Shown here: in pieces, positions 24,480 to 36,125 of the stretch
Numbering within the stretch: position 1 is the stretch's first letter
Layout of the letters: each line of letters opens with the position of its first letter
Source of the DNA: Eukaryota sp. GEM-RC1
Lineage: Eukaryota
Assembly (NCBI GenBank): GCA_040285855.1
Contig: JAUFOQ010000018.1
Coordinates: 124,001 to 188,000 of the forward strand
DNA length: 64,000 nucleotides
Direction: 5' to 3'
The notes under the pieces: generated by a model
Databases searched by the model: none
The model's input: only the letters and a program-made list of their open reading frames with translations
Told to the model about the DNA's origin: nothing
Position numbers and translations under genes: made by a program

Positions 24480-25110
24480 TCTGGAAAGTACATGAAATGT
24501 AAACAAGCGAAGTTTTCCACCAGAGGGGGTCTAGCATACAAGTTTCTAGGGTGAGAGTGACCAGAGTTATCCATTTGCCGCAATAATTATTGTTGTTGGC
24601 TTACGCCACTTGTACAAGGAAAGTGATTTACACACAAGAAATTCTACTCTCTTCTACAAATTCCAAAAACAAAGCTTCTCAATCCTAAAAAACGTGTGTT
24701 TGAACGAAAACTATTCAGCTCGTAAAACTGCTGAAAGGAAAAAATTAGATCTTTATGGTCTAGGTGCATTAATTTCCAAGATGAATTCTCTCCGACACAA
24801 TCCTTTTGTTTTCCATCCTTTTGCTATTTCTCTTTATGGAACTTGGCTACTTCAGTCAACAATTTCTCACAGATTTTGGCAAATTGTGTAAGCAGTATGG
24901 AAATTTTTAATGAAAGCTACTGGATAGGAAAGTTGACGTTTTTCCTTTTAAAGCATTGTTTAGGCATTTTGATTCGATTTTGACCTGTCTCTTTGCATTG
25001 AGACATGAATGTGAGATGACGTAGAGGTATTTGTATCTCATTTGTTAATATTGATGATAGTTTGTACTTGTAAGAGTATATACAACGCGTTTTTTACAAT
25101 AAAGAAAATG
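24480..25110 (+). mobile_element. CRE-like non-LTR remnant (RLE C-terminus and tail)
   Basis: KTAERKKLDLY...MNSLRHNPFVFHPFAISLYGT. The tail motif GATGACGTAGAGGTATTT is shared with ~17433. Confidence 0.7.
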
Positions 25111-25203
25111 AAAAATGAATTTATGGTGTGTAAGAACAACAAAAATGGTTCGATTTGCATTGAATGACTTCATTAACTAAATTTTAGACTTATTCAAACA
25201 ACC

Positions 25204-25910
25204 ATGCAACTCCTTTGCTCTATCTGCTGTCTTCCCTTCAATTCCTCTGATAGAAAACCACTGATCATCTGCCGTTTCAATCATACATTTTGCGCCTGTT
25301 GCTGCCAATCTTTTTCTTCTTGTCCTGAATGTCGTGAGAAAATCTTTGCGGAGATCAATCCAAATTATGCTTTGCTCAACTTCATTGAATCATATTCTCA
25401 AGGTTTTTTCTGTCAAGAAATTCCCCCCAACGAACTCATTGTTTCATCTCCTTCAACAGAAGTCAATACATCCACCCGAACAAAAACTCTTCCCTGCCAA
25501 TGGCTGGACTCCGATGCCATCTGCAAGGTCTATGAAATCGCTTCTCCTGCTGATCAATCCTTCATCCAACAATACGTCCACCAGTCTTCTCTCTTGAACC
25601 TTCCCTCTCTTATCCGATGCTTTGGTCTATCTCACTTGGATTCCTCTCACACTGCCATTGTTATGGAGAAGGCCAGTCATTCGCTACCAGTTCCTTCCTC
25701 TTTGTCTACTGACACCTTGGCCAATGCGATCAACATCTGCAAGATTCTTACAGTTCTTCATTCAAAAGATCTTTGCCATGGAAATTTAAAACCTCAAAAT
25801 ATTTTGTTCGTGAATGGTCGATTGGTGCTATCTGACTGTGATTTCTTTTTAAATTCTCGTTATAAAGTGAATTCCAAGTATTCTACATCTGAAGTTATTG
25901 GTGTTGACGT
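25204..25910 (+). pseudogene. RING-finger / pseudokinase paralog truncated by the duplication breakpoint
   Basis: RING CSIC..CRFNHTFCACC..CPECR followed by PNYAL. Kinase-like part AIVMEKAS..HGNLKPQNIL..LSDCDFF. Homology stops at 25911, where duplication copy 2 starts. Confidence 0.85.
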
Positions 25911-26644
25911 CGAGCAGGGATTTGTTCCAACAAGAAGCAGGAGAGACCATCACGTGTTAGAAGAGATCATGGAGGGTGGGATGTGAGAGAACCTGGGAAA
26001 GAGGAAGACTTTCTTAGATCAGAAGCACTAGCAACGAAGAGCAAGGAACACATGGAAAGGATGATTGTTCGAGATCGGACACGAAGTAAGAGAGAAGATG
26101 AAGATGTTTTGATGGAAGAAACGGCGAGCAATCACGGTCCCCTTCAATCCCCTTTAGTTATGGGAGTATATCTTAGGTATTTGGATCTTCCTTTCCAGTT
26201 CAAGAAGGGTAGGAAAAGTCACATTATAAGCGTTAAAGCGACGCAAGAGGTTCTACGGAAGGGCACCGGGAGGTTGTACCATTTGCCCTAGTGTATCAAG
26301 AAGAGAATTGATGAAAACAAATTGTTTTTGTAATATAAAACTAGACGCCCTTTTCCGTAAATTTACTAAATTGGCCACATCACAATGTGCGCAAATCTTT
26401 GATACTTAACGTACGTACGCGTACGAATCCGTACTCTACCAATTTATTTTATCCCTACAGAAGTCATTTGATTCTATATAAAGCCGATTTATAAATGGTC
26501 TAAATGTATTTACCATTACTGTTTTTGGAATGGAGCTTCATTCACTCGTCAAACTCAGTACCATTACAATTTGCTTCTGCATCTTCTAATCGTTTAGAAA
26601 TACAATCTGTTGGCAAATTCGTAATTTAAGGAACAAAAACACAA

Positions 26645-27230
26645 ATACTAGAACTCAATATCATTCAAGCAACAATCATTGCCATTAAAACTCACATCAG
26701 CTTTTTCTTCATAAAAAACACTGAGAGCTAATAGAGCTTTTGAAATCATGATAGGAATTGTTGTAAATATTGTAAAAACAATACGATTCAACCAAAACTT
26801 GAGCTCAAGTTTCTTGTTCATTCTTTTTTGACCACTTTCTCAAAATCAGAGAGAAAACAAAGAGCATCTTTACCAAGTCGAACATAAATTGAAATCGCAA
26901 AAGGAAATAATTTGAACTCAACATGTCTAGTATGTTTGAGAGAAGTCAATGGTACATCATATTTGTTTCTCTTGTATTGTTCTGAAAAATCAAGTGGAGA
27001 CACTTCTTTAGTTCATTTTTGGCATCCTTAAATGCACCTTTTTCTGCAAACATCCACAGTAATCACATCAACAACCGTTAGTTCATCAATAACTGATGGA
27101 ACTTTGACATCAGCTCTTCTTTTGCCAGAAGTCTTATCAGAATCACTATTTTTTAAATTATTGAATTCCAGTGATATCAACAGTGGCTCAACAAAAGATT
27201 CGATTTTATAGGACTGACACATGGCATGAA
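26645..27230 (-). mobile_element. CRE-like RLE remnant (duplicate of 15220-15800)
   Basis: Identical ORFs at 26818-27003 and 27028-27222. Confidence 0.75.
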
Positions 27231-28127
27231 TTTGATAATCTGTGGGTTCTTGAGACCTTCACTATTTTTATATCTCGTGATTACGTAGTAGTCACTCGTT
27301 AAACGCATTGTGATTCAGAAACAGCACCATTGTTGATTTCATGCAATTGATGAGCATCATATGTAACATTGTCATTTTGGTACAGTTGTGGTCAGCAAAT
27401 GATGTACCCTAAATTTGAATAAGTGTGACAATCACGATCTTGATACCATGAGTATTGCGTACTGGAAGAATGTATGACGATGGAAACTGTTAAAATCTCA
27501 CATTGGATTATCATGTTCAAGAAAGTATTAATTTATTTAGACGGTCAAACGTTCAGTAGCGGTACACGTACTGTACGCTACGGCTGAAATTGCTCTGGCA
27601 CAAGACATTTGCGTTCCTTGCTACAGCATCAGTCCTTGATTGACAACTTCCAAGAAACTGTCTTATCATTGATACATTCCTGGTGTCTCAATGGGGTTTC
27701 AGTTCCCCAGGACTGTTTTTGACTTGCGCACCAAAACGCACTCTTGAAGAAATGACATCGTTATTCTGGTTTCAAACTGCTTAATTAGTTTAGGGTCGAA
27801 AACAGACCTAAGAATATATTTCGAAAATATCAAACATTTTTGTTTAAAAAACATTGTTGAAAGAAGCCAATTTAAAGAAAACAGAAACCAACGTTAAAAA
27901 ATGCCGAAATGAGTTGAATTTTAGGAACATCTTTTCAATGAATGTCAGATGTCTGACGACGTCTATTTTAGTTGTTCCAATGACTTAGAGAAACTTGGTT
28001 TAAAATCCCCATTGCACTCTAATTTAAACCAGTCTGCTTGTCGTTTACAATGCCTAAAGGGGCGAAGGGACATGCGTAATAATTGTACAATTATATTTAT
28101 TTCACATTTATTTTTGGCACTATTTGA

Positions 28128-28740
28128 TAGGATTGGTGGTCGGCCCAATTTAGGGCGGCTGAGCCGGCTTCTTAGCCAGCGGGTCCAAATATTTAGTGAA
28201 TTTCTTTGGCCCGAGCCGGTTGGCCCTAAGTTGTTGATGGCTGGCCCTGGGATATGATTTAACCGGCCCTAGCCGGCTAAATGTCGAATTATGTGTTGAT
28301 AAACTCGCTTTATATATTCATCTGTTACACTATTTTTTTGATACTACTATTAGTAATATCAATATTTTAGAGGCTTCTACATGTGGATTTCTTTTGGTTT
28401 TCAGATTGTTTCACCTCTTTGTATTCACATATGTCCTCACCTAATGATTCATACCAAAAAGAAATAATCTCCTCTACAGATACTATTATTCAATCACAAT
28501 CTGTTTCTGGACCTATTCCGTCTGCTTCAGCTCCTCCTTCTTATAATATTAGGCCTGAGATCTTGTATTCTAACATTGTAGTTTCTGCAATAAATAATTA
28601 CTAAAGACACAAACGATTTACACAATTTAAACAAGTAGTTACTCAAATGAAATAATTTGAGTTATTATGCCTGCTTAAGCCGGCCGGCCAGCAGTGAATG
28701 GCCGAGCCGAGAGCAAAATGTGGGGCCGCCGCCATCCCTT
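28128..28740. mobile_element. Degenerate hAT-like MITE (duplicate of 16701-17350)
   Basis: Same ends, with a ~39-bp internal deletion. Confidence 0.6.
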
Positions 28741-29199
28741 CGTATTGATGTTCAAATTATTTAAAATTATTTTGCGAGAGGGCCTGTTTTGAACCCTTCT
28801 TTGAATTACGACATATATATGCGATGATGTAGAGGTATTTCTATTTTCTTTGCTAACCGAAAATCTTCTTTATTTGTAATTGTAAATTAAATGCGTTTTT
28901 GTCGGTATATGAGTTTCTGGATGAATAAGAACGTCATTTGTGTTTCTGTGACAGTCTTATTAGCATAGAACCAATTTGTACGATAATAGTAGGCAGCTCA
29001 AATATTTGACGTGAGTTCAAGTACAATATTTGGGATCATGTGTTCGAATGTAACAGTAAGCTTTCATCGGATGAATCATTAATTTGGAAGGCAGTTCCTT
29101 CCAAATTTATGATCCTGGATGATTCAAGGTCAACAAAGTAACAGCTTGAGAACTTGTCAAGACTTTACTCGTAGTCAAACTTTATTACAGAGTATATAC

Positions 29200-30127
29200 T
29201 AGAGCTGTCAAACGGTTCGGCTCAAGCCGAGGACCGAACGACTTGAGCCAAGTCACATCCAAATTTGGCTTGGCTTACTCAAATGGCTAAAGCCAAAGCC
29301 AAACCATTTTGGAATTCTACAAACCAACCCATATGGCTCAAGCCGCGGCTTGAACTTTCTTCGAACACTAAAAAAAGTAAATGAACAAGTTGACCAAGTT
29401 CAGAACATACAAGTCGTCTCATAAGACAAACAAAGAAATCAAGTACAGTATATACAAATATCACATCCATAATTGTGATCATTATTAATATTCTTTGTTC
29501 GGTAATTCTCTCACACACATGACTGAAAAATCACCAAGGAATTCTTACGTTTCTCACCACTTCCCGCAGACGGTCATGAGATTATAGTAGAAGAAGATCA
29601 ATTTCAAAGGTACAAGCGTAAATATCCAAACGATATTAAATCATGTCCGCTTATGTAGTAGAAACTGCGCATTGAGGAGTGTCCAACTTTGGACAGAGAA
29701 TTCTTTGACATTCCTGTAACTTCAATTCCCTGTGAAAGGGTTTTTTCCGTTGCTGGCCATATCAAGTGCAAAAAGAGATCATCACTTGATGACGAATCTT
29801 TAACTTAGTTAACGCTTAAAGGATTGGCTCAATAATGACTATGAATTAGTTGATTGTAGTGATGACGAAAACGATGAATCTGCTCATTCTTTAGACGCAC
29901 CAGACATCAAGGTGTTCATCCACCTTTGTACCAAAGTTTGCGAGGAGTTTCTTCAATAGAGACAATTACAAAATATTTGTATATTCAAGCCGATAAATAA
30001 TCGACTTGGCTCGGTTTCAAGTCGACTTGTCACTTTGGCTTGGCTTACTCAAATGACTCAAGCTAAAGCCGAGCCACTTTGGAATTTTACAAGCCATGGC
30101 ATATGGCTCAAGCCATTGACAGCTCTA
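29200..30127 (+). mobile_element. Non-autonomous hAT element (duplicate of 17810-18735)
   Basis: Same TIRs. Remnant reads DIPVTSIPCERVFSVAGHIKCKKRSSLDDES. Confidence 0.85.
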
Positions 30128-30181
30128 GAACATGTAGGTTTAATTTCGGAAATTCAATTTCTACCACTAGCAGACACTTCT

Positions 30182-32776
30182 ATGGATTGTTTCATCTGCT
30201 TTGAACCTTTTAACCTTTCTATACACTCCCCGTTACTTCTCTGTGATCTGGGACATACCGCTTGTGCTCAATGTGCTTCATCTATAAAGAGTTGTCCCAT
30301 ATGTCGTCAAGATTCTCCCCTCGAGAAGAATCCCAATTTCGCCCTCAAAAACCTTGTTCAAGCTGCTCTTGATGGAGATCTCTGTCCTGAAATCACATCA
30401 GATCAAATCGATCTTCTTGATAAAATCGATGAAGGAGGTTGTGCTGTTGTCTACGCTGCCGAATGGTTCAAGCTCCCAGTTGCTGTTAAAATGGTATCCC
30501 TGACTGAAAAGGAAGAATCAAACTCAAGAAGGAGATGAACCTTCTTGTTCAACTAAATCACCCTGCTGTTCTCCGTGTCTATGGTCTCTGCTCTTGGGAA
30601 GATCGCTTCGGAATCGTAATGGAAAGAGCTTCTTCTTCCCTCCCCCTCCCCCAACTTTTTTCTCTTCTCTGACAGTTGACTATGCCAAGCAACTCTGCCA
30701 AGGAATAAGCTATCTCCATAGTAAGTCTGTTGTTCATGGAGATCTAAAGCCAGGAAATGTTTTAATTGTTGATGATAGAATTCGAATTGCTGATTTTGGA
30801 ACTTCTAGAAATATTGAAATTACTTCAACAGTACCAAGATCTGGAACAATGACTGTTCGATATGCCGCTCCTGAGCAATTTGATAACAAGATCTCTCCTC
30901 AAAGTGACATCTATTCTCTTGGAATTATTTTATATGAATTGTTGCAAAATCAAGAGGCGTTTCAAGGAATGAACCAATATGCTATTATGGGTGCTAAATA
31001 TGGTGGAAAACCATTGCCTTTTGATAGATCATTGCCTTCAAGTTTAAGTAACGTCATCAATCAATGTCTTCAATCTGATCCAATTCTTCGACCTAAAATT
31101 TCACAAATTATTGATATTCTGGAAAATTTAAATCTTGTTGAACCTCAATCTGACGGTAATCTAGGAGGTAAATCCAATCTCATCAATTCTGATCACTGTT
31201 CTGAATCACTTTCCTCTAAAACTCATCAAGAAGTTCAAACCGGTGAACCGTATCATTCAACTTCGGAATTCCTTGACTTAAAAGAAAAGAACAAAACCCT
31301 TGAAATACAAAGTCGTCTTTTAACTGGAAGCAAATGACAAACTTTTATTAGAAACGGATTCGTTGAATTCTAAATTGGTTTCCTCAAAGAATACTTTGAA
31401 GCAGTTCGAAAACTTAAAACTGAAACACAACAAAATGTTAGAACAATATCGGGGTCTTCAACAAGATAACTGTTGTTTAGCTGAAACAGTTGGTCAACTT
31501 CAATCCGATGGTCATAACTTGAACAATGAAAACTTAAAAAGAATAAGTTCTATTTCAGAAGAAAACCGTTCTCTCAAAGAACTGAATTCTCAGCTGAAAG
31601 ACAAGGTTGAACAGTATGAACTTAAAATATGCTCTTTGATTGCTCGGCAGTCTACTAGTCAAAAGATGATGTCAAAGAACCTAAAACTCCAACTCAATCA
31701 CCTCCCTCAGTTAATTCACCATCACCATCATTACCTAATCGCAACTCTGTGGGCGTTTCCGATTTGCTTAGTATCAAACAATCTTTACAATCTTTAGATT
31801 ACAGTGGTTTTCCCGTGTTATCAAAGATACTTAAAGGACTAGATCAAAATATACGTGATCCTCACTTAACTTCTGCTGCTGTAGCTGCTCATGGTCTTCT
31901 TCAATCGTCTAGTTGTCCTCTTATTCAAGCTCTGGATCTCATTCGGTCAAATAGTGTTCCCTTTGCTCTCAAACTTCTTCAAGGGTCGTTGAACTTCAAT
32001 TCTGAGTATATTGTTGCTGAAGCAATGGTATTGATATTGAAAATTCGTCGAGATTTCCCCATTGTTGAATTCGAATTCCGCGGTAATATTAATTTCAATC
32101 GTACCTTCTCAAATCCTCAACTGACTAGAATTGTTTCCCAGTATTTAGAAGAGTTCAATCAACAGTTTAAACCAGTCTCTGCAATCAGTCCTAATGTCCA
32201 TACTCCTCCAGTATCACCTAAAGAGAAACTACTCAAACTGGAAAGAATCATTACTGATTGGGTGAATCAGTACAAACTTTCACGGGAAGAAACTAATTTT
32301 TTAAGGACAAAGTTGAATTATTTAAAAGAGAGTCCCAATGTACCCGTGAAAGTGTTTTTGAACTTTTAGGTGTAAATCCAAATGTTCCACGTGATAAGAT
32401 GATAGTCAACATCAGTAAGCTGGCTCACGGTCATGGAAGAATGCGCATTGAGTCTCGAATAGAACGTTATGCAAGAAGTGTTCTCACCTTTGCGGCAATG
32501 TATCCAACTGATAATACTTCTATTGAGGTAATGTATCCTCTACAAGACCAATTAATTCATTGCTTGTTAACTCCTTCTCATACCCTTGTGTTTGAGGTTA
32601 TTCGAATTAATAGTGGTAATACTTCAAGACCAGCAAAGGTCATAGTTACATTGGATCCTTCTAGTTCAACTTATAAGTCACTCTATTCTTCCTTGGCAAC
32701 CATCACTGTGTCCTTACATGCACCTCCTCTTTTGTATCATGATCTTATTGATGTAATTGAAGGATTTTTTCAATAG
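30182..32776 (+). CDS. RING-finger / TKL-like protein kinase, copy 2, with a different C-terminal domain
   Basis: Near-identical to 18790-21006 up to 32412. It then continues into ORF 32399-32776, which is colinear with the copy-1 C-terminus but only ~50% identical. Confidence 0.85.
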
Positions 32777-34424
32777 ATTTAATGCCCAGTTAACTGAGGA
32801 TGCACTGCGCAATGAATCTTTTATTTGCGATATAAATCATTAATTTCTGATTCTACCAGTTTTTGTACTTAGTGTACCATTGTGTTTTATACAGAAACAC
32901 AATTTGAATCTTCATTTAATGAATAATTTATAATACTTGTACTTGTAGACTCTGTATATCAACTTTCACTCACAAATTATCCATAATTGTTAAAGTTTGA
33001 CTCTTTTTGTTGTCATTATTCATTGAGTTATTGACAATAAAGGGAACAGCACTTTGCAACTATAGAGACACATCTATAAATCACACCTCCTCCTTTGAAG
33101 ATAGTGTCTTTAAACGAAGCAGTATCAGTTTCATTGGCTACTTTAAAGGAGCATGGTTTGGTTCTTAATGGTATTAATGCTATTAATGTTAAATTTTTCG
33201 ACAGAAGTAGTTTCATTAGATCTATCGAACGATAAGCATTATACACGTGTCTTCTGGACTGAAACGACAGTCTACCATCAAACCCGGTTATTAGATCTTA
33301 CCGCCACTTTGACTTTCTTTCATGTACGAGCTTCCACACAAGGGAGAAACGTGCAGCTAATTTCCGTTTGTACTGTTCAAGTTCGTATAAATGAGTGAGT
33401 TTCCGCAAGATTTCTTACTTCATCTAAAACAAATTCAAGAAGGAAGGTAATCTACAATTGATACAATAAATATCTGAAATTGAATTATGGTATATCTTTT
33501 TAAAACGAAATGCGAACCCTTACTTATGCTCAATGCACCATTTCAATAATGCATTGGTTGTAATAAAACCATGAATGATCTGTGTCTAGTGTTGCATAGC
33601 TGTTTTAATACTTCGTCTTCTTCTATTAACATATTTATACATGGTCACGTTTTTAAACAAACGTTATTAGCTCAAAGACTTCATATCACACTGGTTCCAT
33701 GGTAATAAGTACGAAACGAAGTAAGGTGAGTCTATTGTAAGACAGAAGATGGAATTCATAAGGCATATCAGCCAGATATTTTACAACAAGGAAAATGATC
33801 TGACTGTTGGTTATTGTATTTATGACGAGGAGTTGATGACTGATCATTGAGGAGTTTGTTGATACCTCCTCAACAGCTGTCCCCACTGAAAGCCAAATGG
33901 GATATGTTGAACTTTCGTATTATAGTTTAAACTTTCATTTCAAACAAGTTGAAAATGATGACGTTCTAACAAGCTGAACTATAGAGATGAATAGAAGTAG
34001 AATTGTGAATGTGATGTAACTGATTAAGTGATAAAGCCTTCAAAAAGCAATACCATAATATAGAAAAGAGAGAGAGTTTATTCAGTACCCAATACAGTAA
34101 GGTAAACTTCCTACAATACTATGAAATTGCATAAACAAACAAATAATCCTAAGACTAAATTCAAACAACCTCATCCCCATCTGATAAAAGATTACGTTTT
34201 TCAACATTAACGTTCACACCGAACTTGTACAATTTCTCAACTAATGGAGATACCTAATGAATTTCTCAACTAATGGATATACCGATATATGAAACCAATA
34301 TAATGCAATACAGTATTTCCTAACAATGTATAAATGTGTTTCTTGAAGATTTGAGGGTCAAAATAGAGGGTCATGATATATATAAAAATGATAGGAGGTT
34401 TGTTTGCTATCAAGAAGATCTTAT

Positions 34425-35201
34425 TTAGAAATAAATTCTGTTCTTGTTTAATGATTTTAATGACTGTCTTGTTTGACTGTTGATTGAGTTGTGACGTAGA
34501 TTGATACAAGACACGGAGGAATTCACTTTTAAAACCTCAGCAATTGCCGTAGCGCCTTCATTACCAATTGAGTTGTCAATAAGATTGATCTCGGAAAGGG
34601 ATGAATTCACTTTTAAAACCTCAGCAATTGCTATAGCGCCTTCATTACCAATTGCGTTGTCACCAAGCGTGATCCTACAAAGAGACGAATTCACCTTCAA
34701 GGCATCTGCGATTGCCGTAGCGCCTTCATTACCAAGTGAGTTGTTATCTAGATTAAGCCATGAAACAGAAGAGTTCAGCTTTAAAGCCTCAGCAATTGCC
34801 GTAGCGCCTTCAGGACCAATTGAGTTGTTACATAGATTGATCCAGGTAGCCTCATTTCTCACCATTTGATCATAACAATTCCTCAACTTAGGGCTCAGCT
34901 TATTCCAATCAATAACAAGCTTTTCATCTCTTTCTTGCTGAACAGAGTGTTGAATGTATAAAGGAGAGCATTCGGCATCAATTACATCCTTTGCATCTGA
35001 ACTGGAAACAATGGACATGGAATCCACGGGAAGAGAAGATAAATGGTTCAAAGCAGAAGATGAGTAGTGATTCGTCATAAAGAAAACAAAGTGTTTGTTT
35101 GATGGATTGATTGTTACCACATTGTAGCTTGCATCTGTGAATAATATGTCATACTGTTTTATCATAACGGATTTACTTCCCAAAGCAAACTGCTTCACCA
35201 A
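34425..35201 (-). CDS. RI-like (NLRC3-type) leucine-rich repeat protein
   Basis: About four and a half 28-aa repeats of the form xxINLxxNSIGNEGATAIAEALKVNSS. The start is uncertain. Confidence 0.85.
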   Translation of the reverse strand: MVKQFALGSKSVMIKQYDILFTDASYNVVTINPSNKHFVFFMTNHYSSSALNHLSSLPVDSMSIVSSSDAKDVIDAECSPLYIQHSVQQERDEKLVIDWNKLSPKLRNCYDQMVRNEATWINLCNNSIGPEGATAIAEALKLNSSVSWLNLDNNSLGNEGATAIADALKVNSSLCRITLGDNAIGNEGAIAIAEVLKVNSSLSEINLIDNSIGNEGATAIAEVLKVNSSVSCINLRHNSINSQTRQSLKSLNKNRIYF

Positions 35202-36125
35202 ACGCCAAGAACTTGTTGAATTTACTCTACATACAATACTTGTTCACTCTAATGCATGTTCTCTCAGTGGCAATGTTTTAACTTTAGGATTTTAATGCCA
35301 ATGAATATTACTTTAATGATATTGAGTTCTAGTTTCTGTATTTATCTTACTGTTTTTGTTCCATAAATGAAACTTTGCGTATAGTCTACGTTGTTTCTCT
35401 GTGATTAAGACAAAATCTTGAAATTTTAAAAGAGGTCAGAGTAAACGGAACTTACTTTTCGACAAATGAACAGCAATTATCAAGTTTTGGAGATGTAGAT
35501 TGAAGCGTTTCGGATGCGTTTCCACAGAGTCATTACCGTATCTGAAACGTTTCATGCAACACTGCTAATATGTTATCATCGTAGGTGTTGTCTTCAGCCA
35601 TTACTTAAATCAAAACTGTCGATTTCTATGGACCAACTGTCTATACAAGCACATCATAAACTAAGTTATACACGTGTTGTATATAATAAACCATCTTTAG
35701 TAATCGAAAGTTAAACACTTTGTTTTTGGTAAATGGTCACGACAAAAACTTCTGAAGATACTTTCTTAAATGCTCTATAAATGAATGTCATCAATAAAAT
35801 TGTGAAAACATTAGAAATAAGGTAAAACGAAATCAGTTTCCAGTATAACTTTAGTCAATGTCATTTCTTTTGGGAAGTGTGGTCCATAAGATGTGTAACA
35901 CCTGTACACACCAAAAAGAACTGATAAAAGTCAAAAAATACAAGTTGACAGCATTTGTTCGAAGAAAGAATGTTGGTGGAGGAATAGTGAGATATAGAAC
36001 CGAAAGTTGACGTTTTGAAAACGGAAACGTGTTTCACAGTAATGTTCACACGTTTCATGCAACACTAAGTATAACCTTACGTTGGAAGATTGTTGTACTG
36101 GACAATTTCGAATTTTCCAAAACCT

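Larger units (their letters stand above)
25911..32412 (+). repeat. Segmental duplication, copy 2
   Basis: See 14486-21006. Confidence 0.97.

Noticed and set aside
21007..32776. Diversity-generating retroelement (TR/VR pair) as the explanation for the variable C-termini
   Set aside because: Differences involve all four bases and include many synonymous third-position changes. There is no adenine-specific pattern and no DGR-type RT nearby.
34501..34869. Repetitive plus-strand ORF and other short antisense ORFs over RPL35, MGL and pol
   Set aside because: They are shadows of well-supported genes on the opposite strand.
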